Part shown: positions 17,536 to 26,947 of the stretch, one piece after another
Layout of the letters: each line of letters starts with the position of its first letter
Numbering within the stretch: the stretch's first letter is position 1
Assembly (NCBI GenBank): GCA_017609145.1
Contig: JAFCEM010000002.1
Span: forward strand, 1-35,583
Direction: 5' to 3'
Source of the DNA: Candidatus Aenigmatarchaeota archaeon
Lineage (GTDB): Archaea > Aenigmatarchaeota > Aenigmatarchaeia > QMZP01
DNA length: 35,583 bases
Notes under the pieces: generated by a model
The model's input: the letters and a program-made list of their open reading frames with translations, nothing else
Told to the model about the DNA's origin: nothing
The model's database searches: none
Made by a program: the position numbers and the translations under genes

Positions 17536-17919
17536 ATGAAAAACACCACAGCCAAGGGCGCGAGGTTTGAGCGCGATATCCTGCATTTTCTCAATGGCAA
17601 GGGATTCAGCTGCATGAGGGCACCCTCGTCAGGGAACTGGTTATCACCTGTTGATGTTGTTGCAATAAAAAGAGGGAGCGTGCTTGCAATAGAGTGTAAG
17701 AACCATTCAAAGAAACCAAAACTCAATCAAAAAAGCATGCAGAAGTTCAGGGAATGGTGCGACCGCGCAGGCGCAACCGGGCTTCTCGCATGGCAGGTGC
17801 CTGGCACGGGCTCAGGCGCCAGCTGGAAGTTCCTGCGGCTGGAAGACGCGGAGAACAACAGATACGAGGATGAGAACTGGTTTGATATACAGGTCTTCAT
17901 GAAGGTTTTTTGCGTCTAA
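17536..17919 (+). CDS. hjc: Holliday junction resolvase Hjc
   Basis: KGARFERDILHFLNGKGFSCMRAPSSG...VDVVAIKRGSVLAIECK, which is the E...D...E-x-K nuclease signature of archaeal Hjc. The size fits (127 aa). Confidence 0.8.
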   Translation: MKNTTAKGARFERDILHFLNGKGFSCMRAPSSGNWLSPVDVVAIKRGSVLAIECKNHSKKPKLNQKSMQKFREWCDRAGATGLLAWQVPGTGSGASWKFLRLEDAENNRYEDENWFDIQVFMKVFCV

Positions 17920-19084
17920 TTTTTAGCTTCTTCACAGTGTTTTCAATTCTGTCAAGAGCCTTTTCTATCTTGTCATATGATGTTGCATACGAGCATCTTA
18001 TGAACCCTTCACCAAACCTTCCGAACTCAGTTCCCGGAAGCACCGCAACCTTTGCGTTCTTCAGCAGCCACTCAGCAAACAACAGCGATTTCATACCGAA
18101 GCTGCTTATGTTGGGAAATGCATAAAATGCACCCTTCGGCTCGACACAACGAAACCCATCTATCTCATTCAGCCTCTTTACTATAAGCTTTCTCCTTCTG
18201 TCATACTCCTTTCTCATCTTCTCTATACATCCCTGCGGACCCCTCAAAGCATCGAGCCCCGCCAGTTGTGATATTGTCGGGGCGGATATTGTACTGAATA
18301 TGTGAAGCTTGGTCATGGCCTTTATGATTTTTTCTGGTCCGACTGCATAACCGAGCCTGAATCCAGCCATTGCATATGTTTTTGAAAAAGAATGAAGCGT
18401 CATCACATAATCCTCCATACCGTTCAGCGAACCGATTGATATGTGCCTTGTGTTATCATAAACAAACTTCTCATAAGCTTCATCCGATATGACAAGAACC
18501 TCATTTTCGACTGCGAAGTCTGCTATCTCCTCCAACTCCCTCTTTGTCATTACAGTGCCAGTGGGATTGCATGGTGTGTTGATTATCATGGCATTCGTCT
18601 TTTTGGGTACTATTTTCTTTTTTATCTTTTCCACATCCAATCTGAAACCTTCTTTTTCATGGAGCGGTATGCAGATTGACTTGCCGTTCAGGACCTCAAT
18701 GCTTGGTTTGTATGCAAGGAATCCCGGGTCTGTTATCACAACACTCTCACCCGGATCGACCATACACATGAGAGCCAGTAGTATCGCTTCAGTAGAACCG
18801 GATGTAACAATGATGTTCTCGGGTTTTGTTTTGATTTTATTCTCCTTTCTGAGTTTTTTGGTTATTGCTTCTCTAAATTCCTGCCTACCTCCCGGCGGTG
18901 AGTAATGTGTATAGGACTTGTCCAGCCATTTCTTGGCAGAGCGAATTATGTTTTTCGGCGAAACAAAGTCGGGTTCCCCGGGTCCGAGTGAGATGACGTC
19001 TTTGTTCTCCACAGCAATCCTGAGCAGCTTTCCTATGGTCGATTCGGGAAGTTCCTTTTCTCTTTCAGAGATGATGTTTCTCAT
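17897..19084 (-). CDS. Class I/II pyridoxal-phosphate aminotransferase (aspartate aminotransferase-like)
   Basis: PLP-lysine motif SFSKTYAMAGFRLGY, plus NPCNPTG and an overall length of 395 aa. Confidence 0.9.
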   Translation of the reverse strand: MRNIISEREKELPESTIGKLLRIAVENKDVISLGPGEPDFVSPKNIIRSAKKWLDKSYTHYSPPGGRQEFREAITKKLRKENKIKTKPENIIVTSGSTEAILLALMCMVDPGESVVITDPGFLAYKPSIEVLNGKSICIPLHEKEGFRLDVEKIKKKIVPKKTNAMIINTPCNPTGTVMTKRELEEIADFAVENEVLVISDEAYEKFVYDNTRHISIGSLNGMEDYVMTLHSFSKTYAMAGFRLGYAVGPEKIIKAMTKLHIFSTISAPTISQLAGLDALRGPQGCIEKMRKEYDRRRKLIVKRLNEIDGFRCVEPKGAFYAFPNISSFGMKSLLFAEWLLKNAKVAVLPGTEFGRFGEGFIRCSYATSYDKIEKALDRIENTVKKLKIRRKKPS

Positions 19085-19143
19085 ACTGTTTAATATTGTG
19101 GATAGCTCAAGATAAATTTAATATCTGGAATCAATATATTATC

Positions 19144-20523
19144 ATGGATACGAAAACGAAAATGGACCGCTTTTTTGAACCCCGAAGCGTTGCCGTAATC
19201 GGTGCATCGAGGCACCCCAAAAAAATAGGGCATGTAATATTCAGGAATTTTCTTGAAGGTAAATACAATGGCAGGCTCTTCCCAATCAATCCCAACGCGG
19301 AAACCCTTTTTGGAATCGAATGCCATGCCAGCGTTCTTGATGTTAAAGAAGCTGTTGATATGGCCGTGATAACAGTACCGTCAGAGTTCGTTCCCGAAAC
19401 ACTTGAAGAATGTGGAAAAAAGAATGTGCCTGCTGTTATAATAATATCGAGTGGTTTCAGGGAGATAGGTAAGATCGCGCTTGAGAACAAGCTGAAGGCC
19501 ATAGCAAAGAAGTACGGGCTCAGGGTCATTGGCACGAACTGTATTGGCGTCTACGACCCATACTCCGGTGTTGATACGTTCTTCCTCCCACCCTACAAAC
19601 TTGAAAGACCGGACAAAGGCAGCATAGCATTTATATCACAGTCCGGTGCGCTCGGTTCCGTGGTGCTCGATTGGATGTCGATGAAGGACTACACCATATC
19701 AAAGTTCATATCCTATGGCAATGCAACCGACGTTGACGAGTCGGACCTCATGGAATACCTTGTCACTGATGACAAAACCAGGGTCATATGCGCCTACTTT
19801 GAAGGCGTCAATAATGGGAGGAAGCTGTTCAACATAGCGAGCAGGCACTCGAAAACAAAACCAATCATTGCGATAAAGGGTGGGGTTACCTCAGAGGGTA
19901 TAAGTGCCGTGTCCTCGCATACGGGCTCCCTTGCTGGAGAGAGTGATATATACTCTGCAGCGTTCAGGCAGTCGGGTATAATAGAGGCCAAGACACTGGA
20001 GCAGGTCTTTGATTTTGCAAGGGTACTTTCAACCCAACCAGCGCCAAAAGGCAATAAGGTACAAATAATAACTAATGGGGGCGGCTTTGGAATCCTGACG
20101 ACCGATTGGATTGTAAAGAACCAGCTAAAGCTTGCGAGAATGACAAAAAAGAACAGGGATGTTGTCAGAAAAGCATGCCCTTCCTATGCCTCTATCAAGA
20201 ATCCAATTGACCTCACAGGAGATGCCACTGTTGACAGGTATGCTGTTGCCATACAGGCAGCGCTCGATGACCCGAATGTCGATATGATAGCGCTGATAAC
20301 ATTATTTCAGATACCCACACTTACCGCGGAGATAGTTGATGTCATTTCCGAGGCAGCAAGAAAATCCAAAAAACCCATTGTGGTTATAGCCGCAGGCGGC
20401 AGGTTCACCGAGGTGTTGAAGAAATCCTTGGAGGGCAACGGTGTTCCATGCTTCTCATATCCGGAGAAGGCTGCGGAAGCGCTGCGTGCCTTGTATGAAT
20501 ATGGGAGAGCTGCTGGAAAATGA
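19144..20523 (+). CDS. acdA: ADP-forming acetyl-CoA synthetase alpha subunit-like (CoA-binding / succinyl-CoA-synthetase-like)
   Basis: FFEPRSVAVIGASRHPKKIG CoA-binding N-terminus and the phosphohistidine loop VSSHTGSLAG. The ATG at 19144 is preferred over the upstream track start. Confidence 0.8.
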   Translation: MDTKTKMDRFFEPRSVAVIGASRHPKKIGHVIFRNFLEGKYNGRLFPINPNAETLFGIECHASVLDVKEAVDMAVITVPSEFVPETLEECGKKNVPAVIIISSGFREIGKIALENKLKAIAKKYGLRVIGTNCIGVYDPYSGVDTFFLPPYKLERPDKGSIAFISQSGALGSVVLDWMSMKDYTISKFISYGNATDVDESDLMEYLVTDDKTRVICAYFEGVNNGRKLFNIASRHSKTKPIIAIKGGVTSEGISAVSSHTGSLAGESDIYSAAFRQSGIIEAKTLEQVFDFARVLSTQPAPKGNKVQIITNGGGFGILTTDWIVKNQLKLARMTKKNRDVVRKACPSYASIKNPIDLTGDATVDRYAVAIQAALDDPNVDMIALITLFQIPTLTAEIVDVISEAARKSKKPIVVIAAGGRFTEVLKKSLEGNGVPCFSYPEKAAEALRALYEYGRAAGK

Positions 20524-21986
20524 AGACCCACAAAATCCTAATAGACGGGAAATGGAGGAGCTCGTGTTCGGGGAAGACTTTTGAGAGCCTGAACCCCGCA
20601 ACAGAGAAGCCCATAGGAAGATTCCAGTCGGGAAACGTGGATGATGTGGAAAAGGCCGTGCAGGCCGCAAAGAAGGCATACGAAAAATGGAGAAAGGTGC
20701 CAGCGCCCAAGCGCGGGCTCATATTATTGCGCGCTGCCCAGCTTCTGAGGAAGAACAAGGAATCACTAGCGCGGCTCGTTACACAAGAAATGGGAAAGGT
20801 CCTTCCGGAGGCGCGCGGCGACGTCCAGGAAGCCATAGATATGGCAGAATACATGGCTGGTGAAGGCAGGCGCCTCTTCGGCCACACAACAACCTCGGAG
20901 CTTCCTGAAAAGTTCTCAATGACAATAAAGTCACCTGTCGGTGTTTACGGACTCATAACACCATGGAATTTTCCAATAGCCATACCCGCTTGGAAGATAT
21001 TTCCGTGCCTCATCTGCGGTAACAGTTTTGTGTTCAAACCCGCCTCTGATGCACCGTTATGTGCAATCAGATTCATACAAATACTGGAAAAGGCCGGGAT
21101 TCCTAGGGGTGTGATGAATCTGGTTACGGGTCCGGGAAGCGATGTTGGCGCGCCTATTAACAAACATGAAGACATAAGAGGGATTTCCTTCACAGGTTCG
21201 AGGGATGTGGGTGAATCAATAATAAAGGACTCGGGTGTAAAAAGGGTCGGTCTTGAGCTCGGTGGAAAGAACGGAATAATAGTGATGGATGATGCTGATC
21301 TCAGGCTCGCTTTGGATGGTGTTATATGGGGCGGCTATGGTACAACAGGACAGAGATGCACCGCAGCCTCACGAGTCATAGTGCACGAAAAAATAAGGAA
21401 GAAATTTGAACGCATGCTCGTGAGTAGGATAAGAAAACTCAGGCTTGGCAACGGTCTGATGAAAACAACCGATGTTGGCCCGCTGATAAACAGGGATGCA
21501 GTCGACAAGACACACCAGTATACTGTAATAGGAAAGGATGAAGGAGCAAAGCTTCTCTGTGGCGGCAGGGCAACAAAACGAAAGGGATTCTTCTATGAGC
21601 CCACACTCTTTACTGATACCAGTCCTAAGATGCGCATAGCGCAGGAGGAGATATTCGGCCCAATTGTTTGTATAATACCGGTCAGGAATCTTGACCAGGC
21701 AATAGATACTATGAACAGCATAACCTACGGCCTGAGTTCTTCCATCTACACTAACGATATAAAGAATGCATTCACTGCGATTGAGAACATAGAAGCAGGC
21801 CTGGTATATGTAAACTCAAGCACAATAGGCTCTGAAGTGCACCTGCCGTTTGGGGGTGTAAAGAAGACCGGAAACGGTACAAGGGAGGCTGGTATAGAGG
21901 GCATAAACGAGTTTTCCGAGACTAAGGTGGTTTATGTTGATTATTCGGGAAAGCTGCAGAAAGCGCAGATTGATGTAGAGGATTGA
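20520..21986 (+). CDS. NAD(P)+-dependent aldehyde dehydrogenase
   Basis: ITPWNFP, the FTGS Rossmann region, the catalytic Glu in LELGGKN, the catalytic Cys in GQRCTAASR, and EEIFGP. ATGA overlap with the upstream gene. Confidence 0.9.
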   Translation: MKTHKILIDGKWRSSCSGKTFESLNPATEKPIGRFQSGNVDDVEKAVQAAKKAYEKWRKVPAPKRGLILLRAAQLLRKNKESLARLVTQEMGKVLPEARGDVQEAIDMAEYMAGEGRRLFGHTTTSELPEKFSMTIKSPVGVYGLITPWNFPIAIPAWKIFPCLICGNSFVFKPASDAPLCAIRFIQILEKAGIPRGVMNLVTGPGSDVGAPINKHEDIRGISFTGSRDVGESIIKDSGVKRVGLELGGKNGIIVMDDADLRLALDGVIWGGYGTTGQRCTAASRVIVHEKIRKKFERMLVSRIRKLRLGNGLMKTTDVGPLINRDAVDKTHQYTVIGKDEGAKLLCGGRATKRKGFFYEPTLFTDTSPKMRIAQEEIFGPIVCIIPVRNLDQAIDTMNSITYGLSSSIYTNDIKNAFTAIENIEAGLVYVNSSTIGSEVHLPFGGVKKTGNGTREAGIEGINEFSETKVVYVDYSGKLQKAQIDVED

Positions 21987-22829
21987 ATGAAAAGCGTGAC
22001 AAAGACCATGGTAAAGAGGTTGTTTCCGAAGAGGAAGCCGTGGAGCTACAAAGGTAGGTTTGGCAAGCTTCTCGTTGTGGGTGGTAGCCTGAGATATTCC
22101 GGCTCGCCAGCATTCGTTGCACTGGCTGCTATAAGGACCGGTACCGATCTCACACTCATTGCTGCGCCGCGCAGGGCTGCTGACATAGTTGCACGCTTCC
22201 AGCCGGATCTGATAACAGAGCCACTAAAAGGCGACTATATTAACCCGATTCATGTAGGTCACGTTTTGGAACTCGCTGAATGGGCCGATGCCCTTGTGAT
22301 AGGCGGAGGGCTTGACAGGAATCCAAAGACATATGATGCTGTCCGCAGCATAATAAAAGATATCAAAAAAATGGACAAGCCGTGTGTCATTGATGCAGAG
22401 GCTCTCCGTGCGGTTGCTGGTTATGAAAAGCTGATGAGAAGCAATTTTGTGCTGATGCCACACGGGGATGAGTTCCATGCGCTTACTGGTAAAAAACCAG
22501 ACACTGGCATAAAACAGCGCAGCAATCTGGTCGCTTCTTCCGCAAAGAAGCTTAGATGCACGATTCTGCTCAAGGGTCGTGTTGATGTGATATCAGACGG
22601 TAGGGATACCCATCTGAACAAAACAGGTAACCCCTACATGACAAAAGGCGGCACGGGGGATACACTCGCAGGTATTTGCGGTGCATTGCTCGCGCAGGGG
22701 AACAATACAATCAATGCTGCATGCGCTGCTGCGTGGATTAACGGTGCTGCGGGTGATATGGCAGTTCGTGTGATTGGTAAGGGGTTTTTCGTATCCGAAA
22801 TGCTTGATTTCATACCAAAAGTGATTTGA
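21987..22829 (+). CDS. nnrD: ADP/ATP-dependent NAD(P)H-hydrate dehydratase (YjeF C-terminal domain family)
   Basis: GKLLVVGGSLRYSGSPAFVALAA, VIDAEAL and GGTGDTLAG motifs. Its start directly abuts the upstream stop. Confidence 0.8.
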   Translation: MKSVTKTMVKRLFPKRKPWSYKGRFGKLLVVGGSLRYSGSPAFVALAAIRTGTDLTLIAAPRRAADIVARFQPDLITEPLKGDYINPIHVGHVLELAEWADALVIGGGLDRNPKTYDAVRSIIKDIKKMDKPCVIDAEALRAVAGYEKLMRSNFVLMPHGDEFHALTGKKPDTGIKQRSNLVASSAKKLRCTILLKGRVDVISDGRDTHLNKTGNPYMTKGGTGDTLAGICGALLAQGNNTINAACAAAWINGAAGDMAVRVIGKGFFVSEMLDFIPKVI

Positions 22830-24139
22830 TGAGCACCAAAAAAGTGATTATTCTCGGCGCAGCCGGAAGGGATTTCCATAACTTTAATACACTTTTTCGC
22901 AAAAACTCCGCATACAATGTCATATGCTTTACAGCTGCACAAATACCCAATATATCCGGAAGAAGATACCCCCCAGAGCTTGCGGGAAAGCAATACCCAA
23001 AAGGCATACCAATATATCCAGAAGAAGACCTACCAAGACTTATAAGGAAATACAAAACCGATATTGTTATACTCTCTTACAGTGATTTATCTTATGCCAA
23101 TAGCATGCATAAAGTTTCGCTGGTAAATTCTTATGGTGCAGATTTCTGTTTCCTTGACCCGAAGAAAACTATGCTGAAATCAAAGAGGCCTGTAATAGCT
23201 GTGACAGCTGTAAGAACAGGATGCGGCAAGAGCCAGGCAACACAGAGGATATGCAGCATACTAAAGAAAAAAGGTAAAAAGGTTGTTGTTGTCAGGCATC
23301 CTATGCCTTATGGTAACCTGAAAAAACAGGCATGCCAGAGATTTGCAAGCATAGCAGACCTGAAGAAGCACAATTGCACAATAGAAGAAATGGAGGAATA
23401 CATACCCCACATAGAAATGGGAACAGTTGTTTACGCAGGTGTTGATTACGAGATGATTTTAAGAGAAGCTGAAAAGGAATCAGATATAATAGTCTTTGAT
23501 GGTGGCAACAATGACTGTCCGTTCTTCTTTCCGGACCTCTGGCTCGTCCTGCTGGACCCTCTCAGGCCCGGGCACGAGATATCCTATTATCCCGGAGAAA
23601 TTAACCTTCGCATGGCTGACATAGCAATAATAAACAAGATAAGAGTAGCCAAACCGGAGAACATACAAAAAGTCCATTCCAACATAAAAGAGTACAACCC
23701 GAAAGCAAGGATTATCGAAACAGAGTCGGCAATCGTGGTTGACAACCCCGCATTGATAAGGAAGAAGAAAGTGTTGGTAATAGAGGACGGACCGACTTTA
23801 ACACACGGAGAGATGAATTATGGCGCAGGTGTGATAGCGGCCAGAAGATTCAGCGCAATACCAATTGACCCGAGGAAGCATGCGGTCGGCTCATTGAGAA
23901 AACTCTACAGTAAATATACTAAACTCGGCCCGCTTCTTCCGGCTATGGGATATTCAAAAAGACAAATACTGGAGCTTGAAAAAACCATAAACAGGACACC
24001 ATGTGATGCCGTAATATGCGCAACGCCAATTGACCTCAGGAAATTTATGAGTATAAAAAAGCCCCTCGTAAAGGTTTCTTACATGCTTAAGGAGAGAGGA
24101 AAAATAAAGCTTGACTATATACTGAAAAGGTTCATGTAA
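22826..24139 (+). CDS. P-loop protein of the cyclic 2,3-diphosphoglycerate synthetase-like (predicted GTPase) family
   Basis: N-terminal ILGAAGRDFHNFN and P-loop AVRTGCGKS. The family assignment is from memory and is tentative. Confidence 0.5.
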   Translation: MMSTKKVIILGAAGRDFHNFNTLFRKNSAYNVICFTAAQIPNISGRRYPPELAGKQYPKGIPIYPEEDLPRLIRKYKTDIVILSYSDLSYANSMHKVSLVNSYGADFCFLDPKKTMLKSKRPVIAVTAVRTGCGKSQATQRICSILKKKGKKVVVVRHPMPYGNLKKQACQRFASIADLKKHNCTIEEMEEYIPHIEMGTVVYAGVDYEMILREAEKESDIIVFDGGNNDCPFFFPDLWLVLLDPLRPGHEISYYPGEINLRMADIAIINKIRVAKPENIQKVHSNIKEYNPKARIIETESAIVVDNPALIRKKKVLVIEDGPTLTHGEMNYGAGVIAARRFSAIPIDPRKHAVGSLRKLYSKYTKLGPLLPAMGYSKRQILELEKTINRTPCDAVICATPIDLRKFMSIKKPLVKVSYMLKERGKIKLDYILKRFM

Positions 24140-24179
24140 AATAGTTACTGATTTATTTGGTCCTTTACAATAATGATAT

Positions 24180-24896
24180 ATGACATGGATTAACGATGTA
24201 ATGAAAAGAACATTTCACTACAAACCCCCGGTGCTTGGGGGAAGATCGGAAAAGCTCGGCAAAGTGAGCTTTGATGACCTTGTCTTTGTTCCTGCACAGT
24301 TGCACAGAAGACCAGTTGATTATTTCAGGGAAAACATAAACACCAAAACCGTAATAGGAAAGAAAAGCAAGAAGCCGCTTGTTTTGAATATGCCAATATT
24401 TGTGGCTGCCATGAGTTTCGGGGCTCTCAGTAAAGAGGCAAAGATTGCGCTTGCAAAGGCCAGCTCCTCTGTCGGTACGGCTACAAACACTGGTGAAGGC
24501 GGCATGCTTCGAGAGGAACGCAATAACGCAAAGCTGCTCATAGCCCAGTACTCAACAGGAAGATTTGGTGTTGACAAAAAATATATACAGAATGCTGATG
24601 CTATTGAAATTAAGATAGGCCAGGGCGCAAAGCCCGGCCAAGGCGGACTGTTACCAAAAGAAAAGGTCACAGCAGATATAATGAAAGCAAGGAATGTTAA
24701 GGAACCAAAGGATCTTCATTCTCCGTGCGCGCACCCGGACATACATACCATAAACGATCTCAGAAAAAAGGTTTCGTGGCTGAAAAAATTGTCTGGAGGA
24801 AAGCCAATAATAATAAAGCTGGGTGCCGGTAATGTTGAAAAGGACGTGGCTGCTGCCCTAAAGGCAGGTCCGGATGCAATAGCCTTGGAGAGATAA
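24180..24896 (+). CDS. Glutamate synthase domain-2-like FMN oxidoreductase, N-terminal fragment
   Basis: MPIFVAAMSFGALSKEAKIALAKA...NTGEGG...KIGQGAKPGQGGLLP, which are typical GltB FMN-domain motifs. The ORF ends at a TAA inside the conserved core. Confidence 0.75.
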   Translation: MTWINDVMKRTFHYKPPVLGGRSEKLGKVSFDDLVFVPAQLHRRPVDYFRENINTKTVIGKKSKKPLVLNMPIFVAAMSFGALSKEAKIALAKASSSVGTATNTGEGGMLREERNNAKLLIAQYSTGRFGVDKKYIQNADAIEIKIGQGAKPGQGGLLPKEKVTADIMKARNVKEPKDLHSPCAHPDIHTINDLRKKVSWLKKLSGGKPIIIKLGAGNVEKDVAAALKAGPDAIALER

Positions 24897-25336
24897 TGCT
24901 GAATGACTTTGGCATTCCCACACTATCTGCCATAGTCAGGGCGAGAAAAACACTCGACAAACTCGGTGCAAAACAGGAGTTGCTTGTGGGCGGCGGTCTC
25001 AACAAAGGCAGTGATATCGCCAAGGCCCTTGCATTGGGTGCTGATGCCGTGTTCATGGGCTTTGCCCTGCTTGTTGCAATGGGGTGCATGTATTGCAGAC
25101 AGTGCTTCAGGGGAACCTGCCCCAAGGGCATAACAACACAGACACCAAGGCTCAGGAAGAATCTTCATATCAACAAGGCAGCAAAATCCATAAGTAATTT
25201 TCTGAACTGTTGCAACGAAGAGGTAAAAATGGCAGCGGCGGCAACAGGAAAATGTGATGTCCATAAACTTGATAGACATGACCTGAGAGCAAAGAATATA
25301 AACACATCAAAGATAACGGGCGTTGAGCTTGTATAA
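24896..25336 (+). CDS. Glutamate synthase domain-2-like FMN oxidoreductase, C-terminal fragment
   Basis: FGIPTL...LLVGGGLNKGSDIAKALALGADAV...GCMYCRQCFRGTCPKGITTQ continues the same family in another frame. The ATG overlaps the upstream TAA (TAATG). Confidence 0.7.
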   Translation: MLNDFGIPTLSAIVRARKTLDKLGAKQELLVGGGLNKGSDIAKALALGADAVFMGFALLVAMGCMYCRQCFRGTCPKGITTQTPRLRKNLHINKAAKSISNFLNCCNEEVKMAAAATGKCDVHKLDRHDLRAKNINTSKITGVELV

Positions 25337-25822
25337 TCACCAGACCCATATATTGATAACCAGGACTGCCGACCCTTGATCTGAAAGCGCGAACCTCTTG
25401 ACATGAGCCACTGTCGCAGAGCCCGGCATGGCTGCGTCTTCACAATTTAGAAGAGTTTCGCTGCCTTTCATTATATTTATTTTTACCGTTCTTTTACTGA
25501 AGTCTCCAGTAAAATCAAGTTTGCTGAGAACGTCATCAAAATCACTTTCGCAGTAATTATTTAGATGCTCTATCTTTGCCTCACTGAGCACGGGCCATTT
25601 AGATGCCAGACCAAGCACAATAGGGACATCACCATCCCACGTGCCCGTGTTTTTAAGCAAAAGTTCTGATATCTGTATTGCTTTTGAATACAAAGAGTTT
25701 GAATAAAAAGCAAAACTGAAGCCTGAGGCAGTCGCACTGAGGTAATTTATGCTATAGAAGATTATGCTGAAAAAAAGTATGGTTGCCAGCAGAAATTCAA
25801 ATATCATCTGCCCCTTTTTCAT
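25337..25822 (-). CDS. Type IV pilin-like protein with a class III signal peptide
   Basis: N-terminus MKKGQ|MIFEFLLATILFFSIIF: a basic residue plus Gly at -1, Glu at +5 and then a hydrophobic helix. This is the prepilin peptidase substrate pattern. Confidence 0.6.
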   Translation of the reverse strand: MKKGQMIFEFLLATILFFSIIFYSINYLSATASGFSFAFYSNSLYSKAIQISELLLKNTGTWDGDVPIVLGLASKWPVLSEAKIEHLNNYCESDFDDVLSKLDFTGDFSKRTVKINIMKGSETLLNCEDAAMPGSATVAHVKRFALSDQGSAVLVINIWVW

Positions 25823-25851
25823 ATTAATATATTGATTAGCAATTATTTAAT

Positions 25852-26874
25852 ATGACGACAAGAGCGCTTTTTCTTTTGCCTGTAATAGCCATTATTGTTC
25901 TCACATCCGGCTGTACCTTTTTCCCCAACGTCACTACAGGAGCGAGCGACGTGATTATCATACAAAGCATGAGTGCCATACCAAGTACAATTATGGCAGG
26001 ACAGAGTACCAAAATCACTGCTGTGATAAAGAATCAGGGTAGCGAGCATGTGCCGCAGAGCGGCATGGATGCAGACACAAATGTAATAACTGTACACCTC
26101 TACGATTATTGTCAGGGACTGTTCAGTCTATCGGATAACGACATGGTATGTAACGGGGAAAAGGTCCAAAGTAATGGTTCATCAAAGTTTGATATCTGTA
26201 AACTGAATACCCTATCAATAAATGAGATGAAACAGGTTGAATGGGGCCTCAAACAGACACCAAATGCACAGGTCAAGAGTACTTGTGACGTCAAGGTTTC
26301 CATTACCTATCCATACGAGACAATAGGTCTGACACCAATATATCTTATAAACTCTAAGGAGCTACAGAACCAGATAGCCGATGGCACATATGCTGGAAAA
26401 ACCCCTGATGTGACAAAGGGCGACGGGCCTGTGAAGGCGTGGTTCGAGGTTGTTGGCACGCAACCAGTTTCTGTTGACCCCGGCAGCAGCACAGAAAATA
26501 GCATAACACTTGAGCTTCACATTGAGAATACGGGCACGGGGAATGTGGAAAACAACAAAGTCTGGATCTCGGATATCAAGCTGGCAGCCAGTGATGGAAG
26601 TACGAATGATCAGATAATAATAAAGAACGAGGGTGCAACAGCAATTTGCAAGAGTTTGGGAGAATTAAATAACCAACCAAAGAAGGATAAACGGAAAGAT
26701 ATGATAGAAGTGGTTCTTGTCCAGGGTGAGAAAACCATAATCTGCCCTGCCACCATAAGCGATAGTCTGGCAAACTTCCCAAAGGAGACAACAACTCACG
26801 CAGAGGTTACGATACAATATACCTATGAGGACACGAAGGAGACCAAGGTCACTGTTGAGCCGCTGGTTGCCTGA
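25852..26874 (+). CDS. Secreted lipobox protein, paralog 1 (two beta-sandwich/CARDB-like modules)
   Basis: Signal peptide ending in the lipobox LTSG|C. Module signatures ...MAGQSTKITAVIKNQGSEHV... and ITLELHIENTGTGNV. Shared blocks with the next two ORFs. Confidence 0.6.
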   Translation: MTTRALFLLPVIAIIVLTSGCTFFPNVTTGASDVIIIQSMSAIPSTIMAGQSTKITAVIKNQGSEHVPQSGMDADTNVITVHLYDYCQGLFSLSDNDMVCNGEKVQSNGSSKFDICKLNTLSINEMKQVEWGLKQTPNAQVKSTCDVKVSITYPYETIGLTPIYLINSKELQNQIADGTYAGKTPDVTKGDGPVKAWFEVVGTQPVSVDPGSSTENSITLELHIENTGTGNVENNKVWISDIKLAASDGSTNDQIIIKNEGATAICKSLGELNNQPKKDKRKDMIEVVLVQGEKTIICPATISDSLANFPKETTTHAEVTIQYTYEDTKETKVTVEPLVA

Positions 26875-26947
26875 GCACGGGATGCTGACTACATGGCACC
26901 CATGACAAACTTATAAATTAATAACGACAATAATAAAAGGAAGTGAC

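Noticed and set aside
19144-20523. Absence of the ACD beta (ATP-grasp) subunit, as a sign of gene loss
   Set aside because: Alpha and beta subunits are often encoded at separate loci in archaea, so this cannot be judged from one window.
20405-20887. 160-aa minus-strand ORF spanning the ACD/ALDH junction
   Set aside because: It is antisense to two strongly supported genes, and its Arg/Ser/Pro-rich composition is typical of a reverse frame.
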